The translations under genes were made by a program, and so were the position numbers. The notes under the pieces were generated by a model. That model did not search any database and had not been told where the DNA came from. It was given only the letters and a program-made list of their open reading frames with translations. Source: Mizuhopecten yessoensis (taxonomy: Eukaryota). From it: a DNA stretch of 64,000 bases. Every line of letters begins with the position of its first letter. Within the stretch, counting starts at the first letter, position 1. The stretch covers positions 1,301,835 to 1,365,834 of the forward strand of contig NW_018407955.1 of the NCBI RefSeq assembly GCF_002113885.1. Reading direction: 5' to 3'. Shown piece after piece: positions 26,361 to 39,100 of the stretch.

Positions 26361-27137
26361 CTATTGTCGGCTCCCTAGCGGCTGTGTGCAATAGTGGAGG
26401 GAGGATACTATGGGGCTACCTGGCAGACAATTATTGTCGGGTCCCTAGCGACTGTGTGTTATAGTGGAGGGATGATACCATGGGGCTACCTGGCAGACAG
26501 GTATTGTCGGCTCCCTAGCGGCTGTGTGTAATAGTGATGGGAGGATACTATGGGGCTACCTGGCAGACAAGTATTGTCGGGTCCCTAGCGGCTGTGTGTA
26601 ATAGTGGAGGGAGGATACTATGGGGTTACCTGGCAGACAAGTATTGTCGGGTCCCTAGCGGCTGTGTGTAATAGTGGAGGGAGGATACTATGGGGCTACC
26701 TGGCAGACAAGTATTGTCGGGTCCCTAGCGGCTGTGTGTTATAGTGGAGGGAGGATACTATGGGGTTACCTGGCAGACAAGTATTGTCGGGTCCCTAGCG
26801 GCTGTGTGTAATAGTGGAGGGAGGATACTATGGGGCTACCTGGCAGACAAGTATTGTCGGCTCCCTAGCGGCTAGGTGTAATAGTGAAGGGAGGATACTA
26901 TGGGGCTACCTGGCAGACAAGTATTGTCGGGTCCCTAGCGGCTGCGTGTACTAGTGCAGGGAGGATACTATGGGGTTACCTCGCAGACAAGTATTGTCGG
27001 TTCCCTAGCGGCTGTGTGTAATAGTGGAGGGATGATACTATGGGGCTACCTGGCAGACAAGTATGGTCGGCTCCCTAGCGGCTGTTTGTAATAGTGGAGG
27101 GAGGATACTATGGGGCTACCTGGCCGACAAGTATTGT
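26361..27137 (+). repeat. 70-bp minisatellite, 11 copies, derived from MFS exon 8
   Basis: Units start every 70 bp from 26361 to 27061. The unit matches the single-copy coding sequence at about 42118-42190. Confidence 0.97.
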
Positions 27138-30100
27138 TTCAATGTAGGGTTGTTTAAACTCAACATGAACTTGGTTTCATGCTGTGACCTTTCTTGTGAA
27201 GAAGCCATTTATAGCAATACGACAATGTGAAGCAATGCAAAAGATGAAAAAAATGCCAAAGTAAATGAACAACGGCAACGAAGTAGATATCGAAAGAAAA
27301 AATCACTTTTTTAACGTCCTAAAAAGTATACTATATACAATTTTGAATTCTTGCAATGCTATTTTTGGGTTATTGCTAGGAAGGTAAAACATGCACAGTA
27401 ACTTGTCTGCAAAAAGGTTGTACTTTTGGTCGTTTGTCTCGAGATAGATCTAACAGTAGTGTTTGGTGTTGAACAAAAATCACTCCATTGTTGAATTCAC
27501 AGTTATATCCCTTCTGTAAATAACATGGAAATAACAATATTGAGAAAAATACCCGGTATACAGTAAGAAATTCTAGGGATTCACCCTGTGTAATGCGTTA
27601 TGATTACCTCTGAAAAATTCAGGAAAGCAAAGAGTGTTCCGACGTCATCAGACACAGATACGGATCGTCGTAGGCATGGATATTCAGAGAAAGTGTTTTT
27701 CCCCTGCCCACATTACCCAGGTGGAGCATAAATTGGTCTTGGGTGGATGTGCTGTAGCATTCAAGTGCGGTTGCACTATAAATGATGCCGTTGGAAGCAC
27801 AGTCCCACTACAAACAGAACATATAACATTTCTAGCACACACGAAGTCATACACACACAGGGAGATATTAGCCAGGTGGCATAGGACTAATAGTTAGCGC
27901 CTGACAAGGAAGCTCCTGCGAATTTCTCAAAACTGTATTGACAACTGCTAATTGTATCAATTGTATATATATGTACTGTAAAGCGCTTTAGAGTGGCTTA
28001 TCTTGGTAGATAGGGCGCGATATATTATACGTTGTTTTAATCTTTATAGACACGGCAATTAAATAAAAATGCCCCAATTTATTGATGGAAAACATCATCC
28101 AGATTGTGAAAGTAGTTTACACCTTAAACATGTTTATGAGGGTGATATGCCCAGGAAAATTAGTCTCGTGAAGGGGATAACAAACAGGTTATCACACGAA
28201 ATGTTGTTGTTAGGTCTTGTGTGTGCGATACTGACGTTACATTTAAGGTAACCTCCATGCTGTCCTGTGGGATGTGTTGTGTGTGTATACTGACATTTCC
28301 TATGACTGAAAGAGTGGGCCCCGCTCTTTTCCTCATTTACGTCTGCCTTATATTCTTGTCATTTTCCGGTAATTTCTCACTGTCTGATACATACAACACA
28401 TTGCTTGTTGTACTTTTTTGTAACGTTATGTTTGAGAAAAACGTGATAAACAAATTTTATGTTGAATCATTTCATTCAATGATAACTCTCAAATACAATG
28501 GCTGCTGTAAACTGACTCCTGCTTGGTTATAATTGAGATATTATGTGATTTTAATCAAAATTATAGTAGTGATTGCTTTACCGCGCGGCTTCAGTTGTGT
28601 CATATAAGATGGTGGCCATAAAGTTACTTCTGTGAAGTCAAAGTTTATTACCGGTGTTCCTTTTTACACAAATGTGGTATGTAAATAAATTATGGCACTG
28701 AACCTCTAGTATGCCATCCGTGAACCAATTGAATAAGATGGGCGTTATAAACTAGTTTCTGATTGGTCAAATTTAGGTATTGTCTGTTGTTTAATGAAAA
28801 TTTATATGTTGGTGTATTATCACCATGATGATATGAAAATCAAAAGCAATCAATGGTTAGGTAAAACAAACTTAACATAATTAATATCGTTGTTTAAATA
28901 CAATTATATCGAGTTAAATGTTAACGCTAACTAGACCTATTACGGAACGTCAATTAAAATGAGTTGATGGAAATACTGATACATAACAAGAACACATATA
29001 CAAGTTACAGCACATGAACACCAACACTCATATTGATGTACAAAAGGTTGATATCATGGTACCCAGGCTGCCTCTTCCAATCCAATCTCCAGATTGTCTA
29101 GAATATATAATATAATAGAATAAAATATTTAACTGATATTCCGGGAAAGTTAAGATCAATAGAATAATTTCCCTGAAATTAGGTTAGATTGATAATGCAT
29201 GGCAATTTAGGATTTTATTTTCGTGCAGATCGTTACAAGTCCCAAAGGGGTTGTTCTTACATCGTTAGGACAGTATGGGCTATTTTTGATGGTAGCAGCG
29301 TTTTCGTTCACAAGTAAGTTTAATTAATTTCGGTTTAAATGTCGAAACAACGATGACTCTGCAATCATCTTTTTATTACTGTTAACATGCGCCTGTTTTC
29401 CAAAAGAATTCCTACCCAATTCCTTCTTTTGACTGATTTTTCAAAATAATGCTATTCAATAATTTAAAACGACGTATTTTGATCATTACTAAATTTCAAT
29501 ACATTGATCGTACAAGATATTGCTAAATCATTGTTTAATGGAGAAAAATCTGGGTACATATTGAAAATTTATTTTTATCTTATATTGAAAAATAATCATT
29601 CTTCAGAAGCCAGTTTTTGTTGAAGGATATCCTTGCGGATCTGAGACATGTATTGTTTCTCGTTTTTTTAGATACAAAACTACAATTATGGCTGCCCATG
29701 TTGCATGGTACAATTTTGTATATAAGTTGTTCCTTTAAGGTATGCTTATTTCGACGAAAAGCGACCAGACGGAAAAGATATATGAAGGTGTCTCTAAGAT
29801 GAACATGTAAAGGAATCAAAAGTGTATGTCTGGGACATATATTTGCGACAAAAACCTAAGTCGCGGTCCAAAAAAAGGAATGTCATTAAAAAAACATTAT
29901 AACGTATGAGATGCCGGAAGTCCTTCCGGTAAATTAGTTAGCCTCCGTTTTCTGTGATAACTGATGTCTTTCCTTTCATTTTATTCAATGTAATTTATAA
30001 GTCTTGTTCAAACTAAATAAAGAACTCTTTTTAAGACTTTAACTTTATATTACCTACCAATCATACAGACCAATTTTATATACGAGCATTGACATATATT

Positions 30101-31215
30101 GCAAAGTTCATTTCTTAGGTTTTCAAGGTGCTATCACATGTGTTTCCGTCTTACATATATTCTTTGTCTTTATATTTCAGAAAGTTAATTGATAACTTCG
30201 ATGCGTACCGAATACATCAATAACAAACCCTTACCCGTAAATGACACTGTCATTACTTATTAAGGTTCTTAAATGATATAGACTTCCCAACATGCATTTT
30301 TTGTATCAAATATTTAAATTATCCAGTTTTAAACTAAAGTTCGTACACATAAAACTATAATTTTTCTTTTAATTAAAAAAAAAAAAAAAACTATAATTTT
30401 TCAAAAAGTACGAACAATCAAAAGTATTATTCTACCTCGAGCATTGAATTCATTAGTTAAGTTTTAAGGCACTTGAGTTTAGCCATTATATATTTCTTTT
30501 CAGTGGTTTAACTCAAGTGCCTGTGAACTTTAATCAATCAATATAATGTTTGAGCTAGAGCATATATTTTGATTGAAAGGTTACAATAAAGATTGTTTTT
30601 AACAATACTTTGCATATATTGACGTAAGGGACATAACTCCAACATTCCTAAAATATTAACGTTAAAATATCCGCTCTTATCCCAATGGTTTTCGGGTTGT
30701 CTGTTTAGAGTGTGAAAATTGTCAATGGAATCCAATTAGAAATAAATAACACCATAGTGTGTAGCTTATAAACTTTAGATTAGCGATGTCCATTATTTGC
30801 GTAACTTGCTAGGTACATTCATTGCCTGAGATAATATGTTGAAATCTAGTAAATGTTACTTAGCATGGCATTTTATTTAAAAGGTTTGTTAACAGGTGAT
30901 TAGGAAGAGCATTTTTATGTATAATTGTATTAAGTTATGTTATTAAACATCATGATGAGCAAGGCAGAATGAGAAGTTTCATAAACAAAGGTTTAGTGTA
31001 AAATTCGTATGGTCTAAATCTGATTTCTGGCTGATTTTTAGCTTATTTAAAACGTATTTTCAAAATCTACATCTTGGCTTTCAATTCATTATTATACTAC
31101 TTGATAATAGGTCTGTATATTTTGATAACATATGTTTTCTTCCGACTTCACATTTTGTTGTGTTAACTTTGAGTCGTGATATTGAAAGTACAAAATATAA
31201 GTACAGAAACAAGCC

Positions 31216-34200
31216 ATGGTAGAAGCAGAATTTGAGGATAATGATATAGTCTGTATAACAGAATCTCATTTAAACCCTTCAATATCTAACCTTGACATTC
31301 AGATGCACTCCTTCAATTCCAATATTCATAGAAAAGATAGAACTACTGGTCGGTGGGTTAAAGTTTATCACAAGGATAATGTTGTTATGAATAGGCGAAT
31401 GGACCTAGAAAAGGATGATCTTGAATTTATATGGTTAAAAATATTAGTTAATAATCATATATTTCTTCTTGGATTTTTCTGCAAACCAGAAAGTAATGTT
31501 GATTACTGGAATAAATTCGATGATACGTTGACCAGAGCTTCAGATACTTTACTAGATGTGGTACTGACAGGTGATATCAATATCAATATGTTAAATCTTC
31601 CGTTGAATGATCACTTATCAAGACTCCTTATCAAACATAAATTACTTGGTCTTATTAATGAACCCACAAGAATAACACCTGACAGTGCCACATCCATTGA
31701 TATTATCTTTATTAATAGCCAAAACATAGTTTAAAATACTCATGTATCTCCAACTTTTTGCAGTGATCACTTCTCAGTACATGCTTCAATTTCCTATTCT
31801 GTATTTAAAAAAGTAAGCTATAAAAAACTATTTTAAAATATGAAGAAGCAGACTTTGATAAAATGAACAATGCCTTATTTGGTATTGATTGGTTGAATTT
31901 GTCTTCAAATCAGGATTCTAATACTTTTAATAGCACTATAGTTAATGCAATCACGGAGCAGGTCAATAGATTCATCCCTACAAAAGTAATAACAGTGCGC
32001 CCAAATGATAAACCATGGATGAATAACACAATTAGATTGAAAATGAGACAACGAAATATAATTCACCGAAAAGTTATATTAACAAATAATCCCCATTATT
32101 GGGAACAATTTCGAACCCTACGGAGTAAAACTATTGACCTTATCCGTTAGGCAAAAGCAAACTATATAAAAAATCTTGAAAATCACTAAATGATAATGTG
32201 GTTACTCCAGACAAATGGTGGAAGATAGCTAAATCTATTACCAATATTTATAATAAATCATCTTCGATTCCGCCACTTGAATCCAACGGCCAAATAATCC
32301 ATCATCCAACTGACAAAGCACAGCTTCTTAACGATTACTTCACTAAGTATGGCACGAAGGTCTTTTATTTAAATTGAAATTATATGGTTTAAATGGAAAT
32401 TTACTTTCGTGGTTTGAAAATTATCTGTCTAACAGAATGCAAAGAGTAAATACTGAAGGTTACTTTTCACAATTTAAGAATGTAAATGAAGGGTACATCA
32501 AGGATTTGTCCTCTGACCACTATAATTTCTTCTCTATATCAATGATATCACTACTAATGTTTCCACCAATATCAAACATTTTGCTGATGACACTTCTCTG
32601 TATGTAATTATAGATAATAACCCAGCGCAGGCTGCGCAATCTCTCAACACTGATCTTACTAACATAGGTGAATGGGCAACTACTTGGGACATTAAATTCA
32701 ATCCAAGTAAAACAGAATCACTCATATTGTCTAGAAAATAAGACACCCGTCACCTCCCACTCTTCTTCGTAAATAGCCAAATCATAGTCACAACATCAGC
32801 ACTTAGGACTTCCATTTAAAGATGATGCAATATGGAAACAGCACATATACATTATATACAAAAAAGCTTACAATAGACTTAATATTCTTCGCCATGTCAA
32901 AACTAAAGTCAATAGAAAATCTGTAATTAAAATATATGTGGGATTTATTTGGCCAATTTTGGAATATGCAGATATTATTTGGGATAATTGTACACAACAG
33001 GCAACAGATCTTCTTGAATCTGTACAATTAGAAGCAGCTAGGATAATAACAGGTCTTCGTTCTGGGGTATCACATGACAAACTATACAATGAACTAGGTT
33101 GGAAAACACTATCTGTAAGACGAAATAAACACAAACATGTAATGATGTAAAAAAATATGCATGGACAGACACCTCAGTACTTACAAAATGTTTTAAATCC
33201 CTTTATTAATAATCAAAAAGATAACCCCTACCCTCTCAGACAAACTAAGCTTTTCAACCCACCATTATGTAGAACTATTTCGACAGTTTTTTACCTTACA
33301 ATTAACACTGCAAATTCTGATCTTCTTAATTCTCCCACTCCTGCAGCATTAAAAAATTACTTGAATAAAGATATTGTTTCTGATAGTGAATCTGTTCAAT
33401 TTTCAAAACAGAAGGTACCAGAAGAGCAAATATTATTCTATATCAACTTCGAAACTCTTGTAGTAATTTAAATTATGATTTACGCTATGACCATCTTACT
33501 AATAGTCCAGCTTGTACCTGCTCTGCTGAACACGAAACAGTATATCATTTCGTTTTGGAATATCATATTTTTAATAATCAAAGAACTACTTTGTTCAATT
33601 CTCTTAATAGTTATGGCAACCACAATCACATTGGTATAAACATTCTTATTCAGGGCCGTCCTGATTGTAATTGGCTTACAAATAGACGAATACTTGATGA
33701 TGTGCATTATTTTATTGGAAAATCCCGTCGTTTTAATTTTTATATGACTTAAAGCAACGATGTACATGTTAAAACAAAGGTATACTGATTCTATATAACA
33801 TCCAGGAGATTCTAGTTGAGCATGACTTCTGACTATTACATGTACTTATCTTGACATTGTAAATAATTACACTCTATATGTATTAAATTAATGTATTATT
33901 CTTAATTGTAACAGTTGTTGGTAGCAGTGACCTGTGCGATATATGTACATGGACGTTTGGTCTAAGTCTGCCAATATCTGTCAATGATAGTGTATATATA
34001 TATGCTGAAATTAATATATTTGTACTTATACTTGTATGTGTGTGTGTAAGTGTGTATGAGGTGTGTGAGATGTTTCCTTCATGAGTTACTTCCCCTTAGC
34101 CTTGTGTTAATATGAATTATTTTGTGTTAAAGTTTTCATTTCCAACATGTCTAAAATATTATGTCTCATTGTTTATTCCACTTTGGCAATTTGACGGAGA

Positions 34201-34265
34201 GAATGTATATAGGCTTTGTCTGTTATTCTACCCAATTGACTATGCAATCTTGTCAATAGAATTTG
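31216..34265 (+). mobile_element. Degenerate CR1/L2-group LINE (APE endonuclease, partial RT, 3' UTR)
   Basis: APE motifs ITESHL, LTGDININ, NEPTRI...SIDIIF and SDH; KPWMNN linker; RT motifs WFENYLSNRMQRV, FADDT and PILEYADIIW. Many stops and frameshifts, and a large deletion near 32350. The 3' end is approximate. Confidence 0.9.
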
Positions 34266-34379
34266 ATGAAATGAAAGGTGTTTTTATTATTTAGATTCAT
34301 CACGCTTGGTAGATAATTTCCCCTGCCTTGCCCGTTTGATGATACCGTGATTCGTTTTTCGTCTGTTTTGTTGATACTA

Positions 34380-34860
34380 TCACAACTTTTTGCTTTTAGT
34401 TTTAACATTTAACAGCAATTTACCAGACGAGTTGATTAATAGCAGAGATTATCTCGGAGTATGCTTTCATCGGCATTGTCACATATTGATCAATATATTT
34501 CAAAACCGTCTGCAAACATCACAGTTAACGAATATGTACACTCTTGTAGATCGTTAAAGGTTAATGACAAAAAGTATTGGACCTAGCACACTTGTTTGCA
34601 GTATTCTACTGGTGGCGGCTTGCTCTGTTGACGAGATCACTCAATATTGTTTCTAGCCAACATATTAAGTTTATTAAATAGCAATCTTTGTGGAACTTTG
34701 TCGAATGCTTTCTTAAAGACTTTATGTCTAAATAAATATTCCATTCATCCATGATTTTAAGTTAATGAAGCACTGTTTGTCTCCCGGGTAAAAAAATGAA
34801 TTATTTGTAACTAAATAACTCGTTTCTATATCTAGCACAATTTAAAAAAAAACTTTTTTT
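34380..34860 (-). mobile_element. Highly decayed CR1-type RT fragment
   Basis: Minus-strand remnants IYLD..KKAFDKVP, SVLGPILFVI.NDL and MFADG. Confidence 0.65.
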
Positions 34861-34889
34861 TTATTTGGAAATATTATAATCAGTAAACG

Positions 34890-35136
34890 CCAAAATATCA
34901 GAAAACGTCAGAAAACCCCAGAGAAACGAAATTCACCTTATCAGAAAGCAAGCAGTCGGAGACCCATATCAATAAATCTGCGATCACAGACCATGCCATG
35001 GAGCAAGGTCCAGTTAATGACTTGGATAACTCCAAAATACTGGACAGAGATAGCAAGCAGGAAGCCATCTTGATATGCCGCAGAGGGCCTGGTCTGTATC
35101 GAGACGAGGGGGCTTATAGACTCTCACACATTTATT
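34890..35136 (+). mobile_element. Penelope-like element, C-terminal fragment of the GIY-YIG region
   Basis: Reads NKSAITDHAM...DLDNSKILDRDS..EAILI...RDEGAYRLSHIY, typical of Penelope ORF ends. Confidence 0.7.
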
Positions 35137-36174
35137 GCCAGGCGTGAAACAATGCGTAGCCGAACATAATTGTTAATGTGATGTGTACAAACGCTTATGG
35201 CGTATCCGAATCGACGTTTGACTTAATATTGCCAACTCATACATATTTCACACCTTTGTGTACATACGCTTCATTGGTCATTTATCTAATGAAGGTGACA
35301 GGATACGTATCGTATTAGACACCGCAACGTCACACATAAACACTTACGTGTTGTGATATTTACCCTTTCTACAATAACACAATATTACTTCATAGTAATT
35401 TGTCAATACTTCTATAAACTACACTATCTAGTCCGGTATTACATATACATATATATATTGATCGAGTGCACTACTAAACGCATTTATCATGGATGAAAGA
35501 ATAATGAATCCAAAGCAATATATAATAGAAATACTCCTATCATCCCATTTAAAGAAGTTCCCGATGAGTGATTGTTGTTGATCCTGCGTATCTAACTCGA
35601 GTTAGTTAATTTTCAAAACGTATAAAGCATCACGGTTTACCTGCAAGTTGAAGATTAAATTATGAGGGTTATAGACGTGCATGATAACAAACCATCACGA
35701 GTTTGGGGATAGTGATTGTGGGAAAATAAGTATATATTTATATACGCACACATACATAAATGTATGACACAGTAATATTTGTCAGTTCAAAATCCACTAT
35801 CTTTGTCACTGATAACGACTAGCCACACGTAGTCAATCATCTTCTGTAGCACTATCAGTATGAACAACGCCACTTGTTGAAAGCTATGTTTGCATTTAAA
35901 CGATCTATAACTTTAAGGAAGATAGTTCCTTTAAATGATCATGAAATAAATGATTTGGTTATCATCAGTGATTTGAAGTGATCTCTTAACCGGATCTGTC
36001 ATTGAAAAAGACCCAGGATCACACATGTGTGTGAAGTAATAGGAGAACCATGTGATAAGTGTATGACCGGGCACATGAGGATGCATAGTGTTACAAGTTG
36101 TGTACAATGGATACAAGTTGATCATTGCCTGACTAACAACCTGATGTTAAAAATCGTTATTTCTATGACCAACA

Positions 36175-39100
36175 ATGAACGATAGCCAAGAGAAGAAGAT
36201 GGTTTCGTCCCCACCCCTCGGGAGACACAGATTGAGGGGCTACGTTGTCATAATTGGAGGCATATTAGTGCATCTCACCCTCGGTACCGTATATACGTTT
36301 GGTAAGTGTTTAGAATATATTAACTACTGTTAAATATCTGTATTTCCACGAATACGTATTTTTGCCTTTGTGGCATCAATTATTTTTAAGTATGTGCATG
36401 TAGAGAAAAATACGTTTCCAATACATGTATTCCTCATCTTATACATGTATTTATATATATGGATATTAGCGGTTTTGTGAGTTCACGATGAAATCTGTGT
36501 GAATGATGTTGACCAACATATTTCGTAAAATAAAAAAAAAGTTTTAGTAACATAGTCATAAAATATTTGGACTTTTTGCATTTTTGTATACGTTTGTACA
36601 GATTTCAATTGTACTTTTATAATTCGCTTATTTTGTTTTTAGAAATGTTGACCCTGCTTAATGTTGCTTACACAAAACAAATATAAGAATATTTACATAC
36701 CATACTATGAAAGTAAAACATTTTCTTTTGATTTCTTAGGTAATATGACGCCATATATGACGTCATACATGAGAAAAAAGAACGTTTCTGCTGAACTTAC
36801 TTACGCAGACAGTCTATGGGTTATGGCTGTAGCAGCTATGGGACAAGGAGCCAGTGTATTTATCGGAGGAATTTTACACCGGAAGCTTGGAACGAGACTT
36901 ACTACGTTACTTGGCGGATGGATTTCGAGGTATGGGCATAACTTATGTGCAACCCAGGGTTTACAATCATGGTCTAATTCACCCAATACTAACTGTAATA
37001 TATATAAATATTATAAAAAGAAAAATTCTTAACAACGAGTCTTAAGTACTTTCATCTCATATATATACATGAGGTCCAATTTGAGTCAACCCGTTTGCCA
37101 TGGTTTGCATCTCGTATCAATAAGATCCTGGATTCACTGACGAACTTACGCTAAATATGATCCGGTTTTCTGCAACACAACACTCTGGCCTCGGACTCCT
37201 GATAAACGAGTTGTGATATTAGTTCTGTATTAACAAATCGGCTGTTCGCGCCGAGCCCTTGGTATCCATAGTTCCAAAAGGACGATGGCTTATAGAGTCA
37301 TTAGCGAGAGAAATAAAAGACCACCTGGCTAATATTTCAACTACCTTGTGATGTCATCAACCCTCGGTGGAAAAAACAGCAGAATCATTGCCGCATCTCC
37401 TGTGAAAGAATTGAATAGAAGGAATCGCTGAGAATGGTGATCTCATGCATCAGTTATAATCGCGAGAACAAATTCCACATAGAATATTTTTGACTTGGTA
37501 TTTCCCCCCTTTCTATATAAAATATGAAGCATTCCATAGGAGCGTTTTTGACGAAGAGTTACTTAACCCAGCAATTTGTTTTCATATGGTTTGCGACTCT
37601 TTAATTATAAAATCATTTTGATGCATTGCATGTCAAATCTCAGTTCCAAGTATGAGAATGTTTGTATTTTTGTTTTCTTTTTTAGTAAACTGTAGGTTGT
37701 GCAATGTGAAGGTCCCGGGTTTCTTTCTTTTCTCATTTCTATTTTCAAGCATTTCAATTAAATTAAGAACAACTATAATTCGTAACAGCACGTGATTTGT
37801 ATGCAATATATTTCTTCTGAAAAAGTAATAAAACAAACACTTTACAGTAGTGACATTGGTAATGATATACAATGTAGTTCAACATGCTGGTACCCTTTAC
37901 CAAAAAAATAGCTAAATGGTCACTTACGGTTCTTAATATTGTTTTCTTTGATATTTTTTTAAATAGCGGCGGAGTGCTTTTGACTTATTTTACAATACAG
38001 TCATCCTTCGGTTTGACTGTTCTCACCTATGGTGCAATGTTTGGATTTGGAGTCGGCATTGCATACGCAACACCAATGGGCTGTGGAATGAAGGTAAACG
38101 TGTCATGTTTAGTACTACTACAGGTAAACTCTTTGCTGTAAGTTTGTGTTCAATGATTCTATATACATACAGTGATTGCGAACACGACGTTACCCCAATT
38201 GGTACGCGTATAACATTATCCCGTGATATTTAAAAGTTCCATGACACAAATATGAAACGTTTCTTGTTTTTTGACAAAGTCAGAGAATGGTATTAAAACA
38301 ATTTGGAATTTAAGTAATTAGTTCACAAATAGAGCACTATTTTTGGAGTGATATTGCATTCGTTTACCGGCCACGAAGATATATCCATCATTTTGGGTGA
38401 CATTTTTACCGAAAATGTATCTTAATCACTTAAACGTGTAAAATAACTCTAAAAATCCAAGTTTAGGTCGGAATATAGCTGTAACAAATTATCGGGTCCC
38501 TGTTCCTCTAATGTGAATGAATTTATACCTTGTCCTTATATGTAAACTTCTCCGGTCATCAACCTACAAAAGCATAATTACAAGTTGTGAAATTTCACGT
38601 TTATATTTTAATTGTTCTGCCACCAACAGAAAAAAACACAAATAGAAAAAATAAGATATTCTATCGCATAGACTTTCAAAACAAATATTCTAGTAATCAT
38701 GGACATTTGTTATCATCGACACGTATGTTAGGTTGGCCAAGACTTCTCAAGTAAACACATGAACATCTAAGAATGAAGTTAAGCTTCCATGCTTTCTCCT
38801 TCATTAGAGCGGAATTTTGTTTATGCAAGTCTAATATGCTTTAGCAATAGGTGTCATGCTACTTACTCGTCTGCTTATAATACATGTATAAACATACCCT
38901 AAATGATACTTAAAGGACTTAAACAGTTTACTTTGTTTAGACTTGATGCAAAGCAAATCTTTCTTGCGTTTTGCAGTGGCTACCGGATAAAAGGGGTCTG
39001 GTAAATGGCCTTGTAGTAGCTGGATTTGGAGGCGGAGCGTTTATATTTGACCAGGTTCAGACGGCCTATCTCAACCCTGACAACCTTGCTCCGAACAAAG

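Larger units (their letters stand above)
24659..29785 (+). pseudogene. Partial tandem duplicate of the MFS transporter (exons 7-11), decayed
   Basis: Exon copies: 24659-24726 (5' part lost), 26321-27143 (internal 70-bp amplification), 28248 to about 28382 (3' part deleted), 29229-29313 (15-bp deletion), 29740-29785 (deletion). Introns and the 3' flank align to about 40.6-45.56 kb. Confidence 0.92.
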
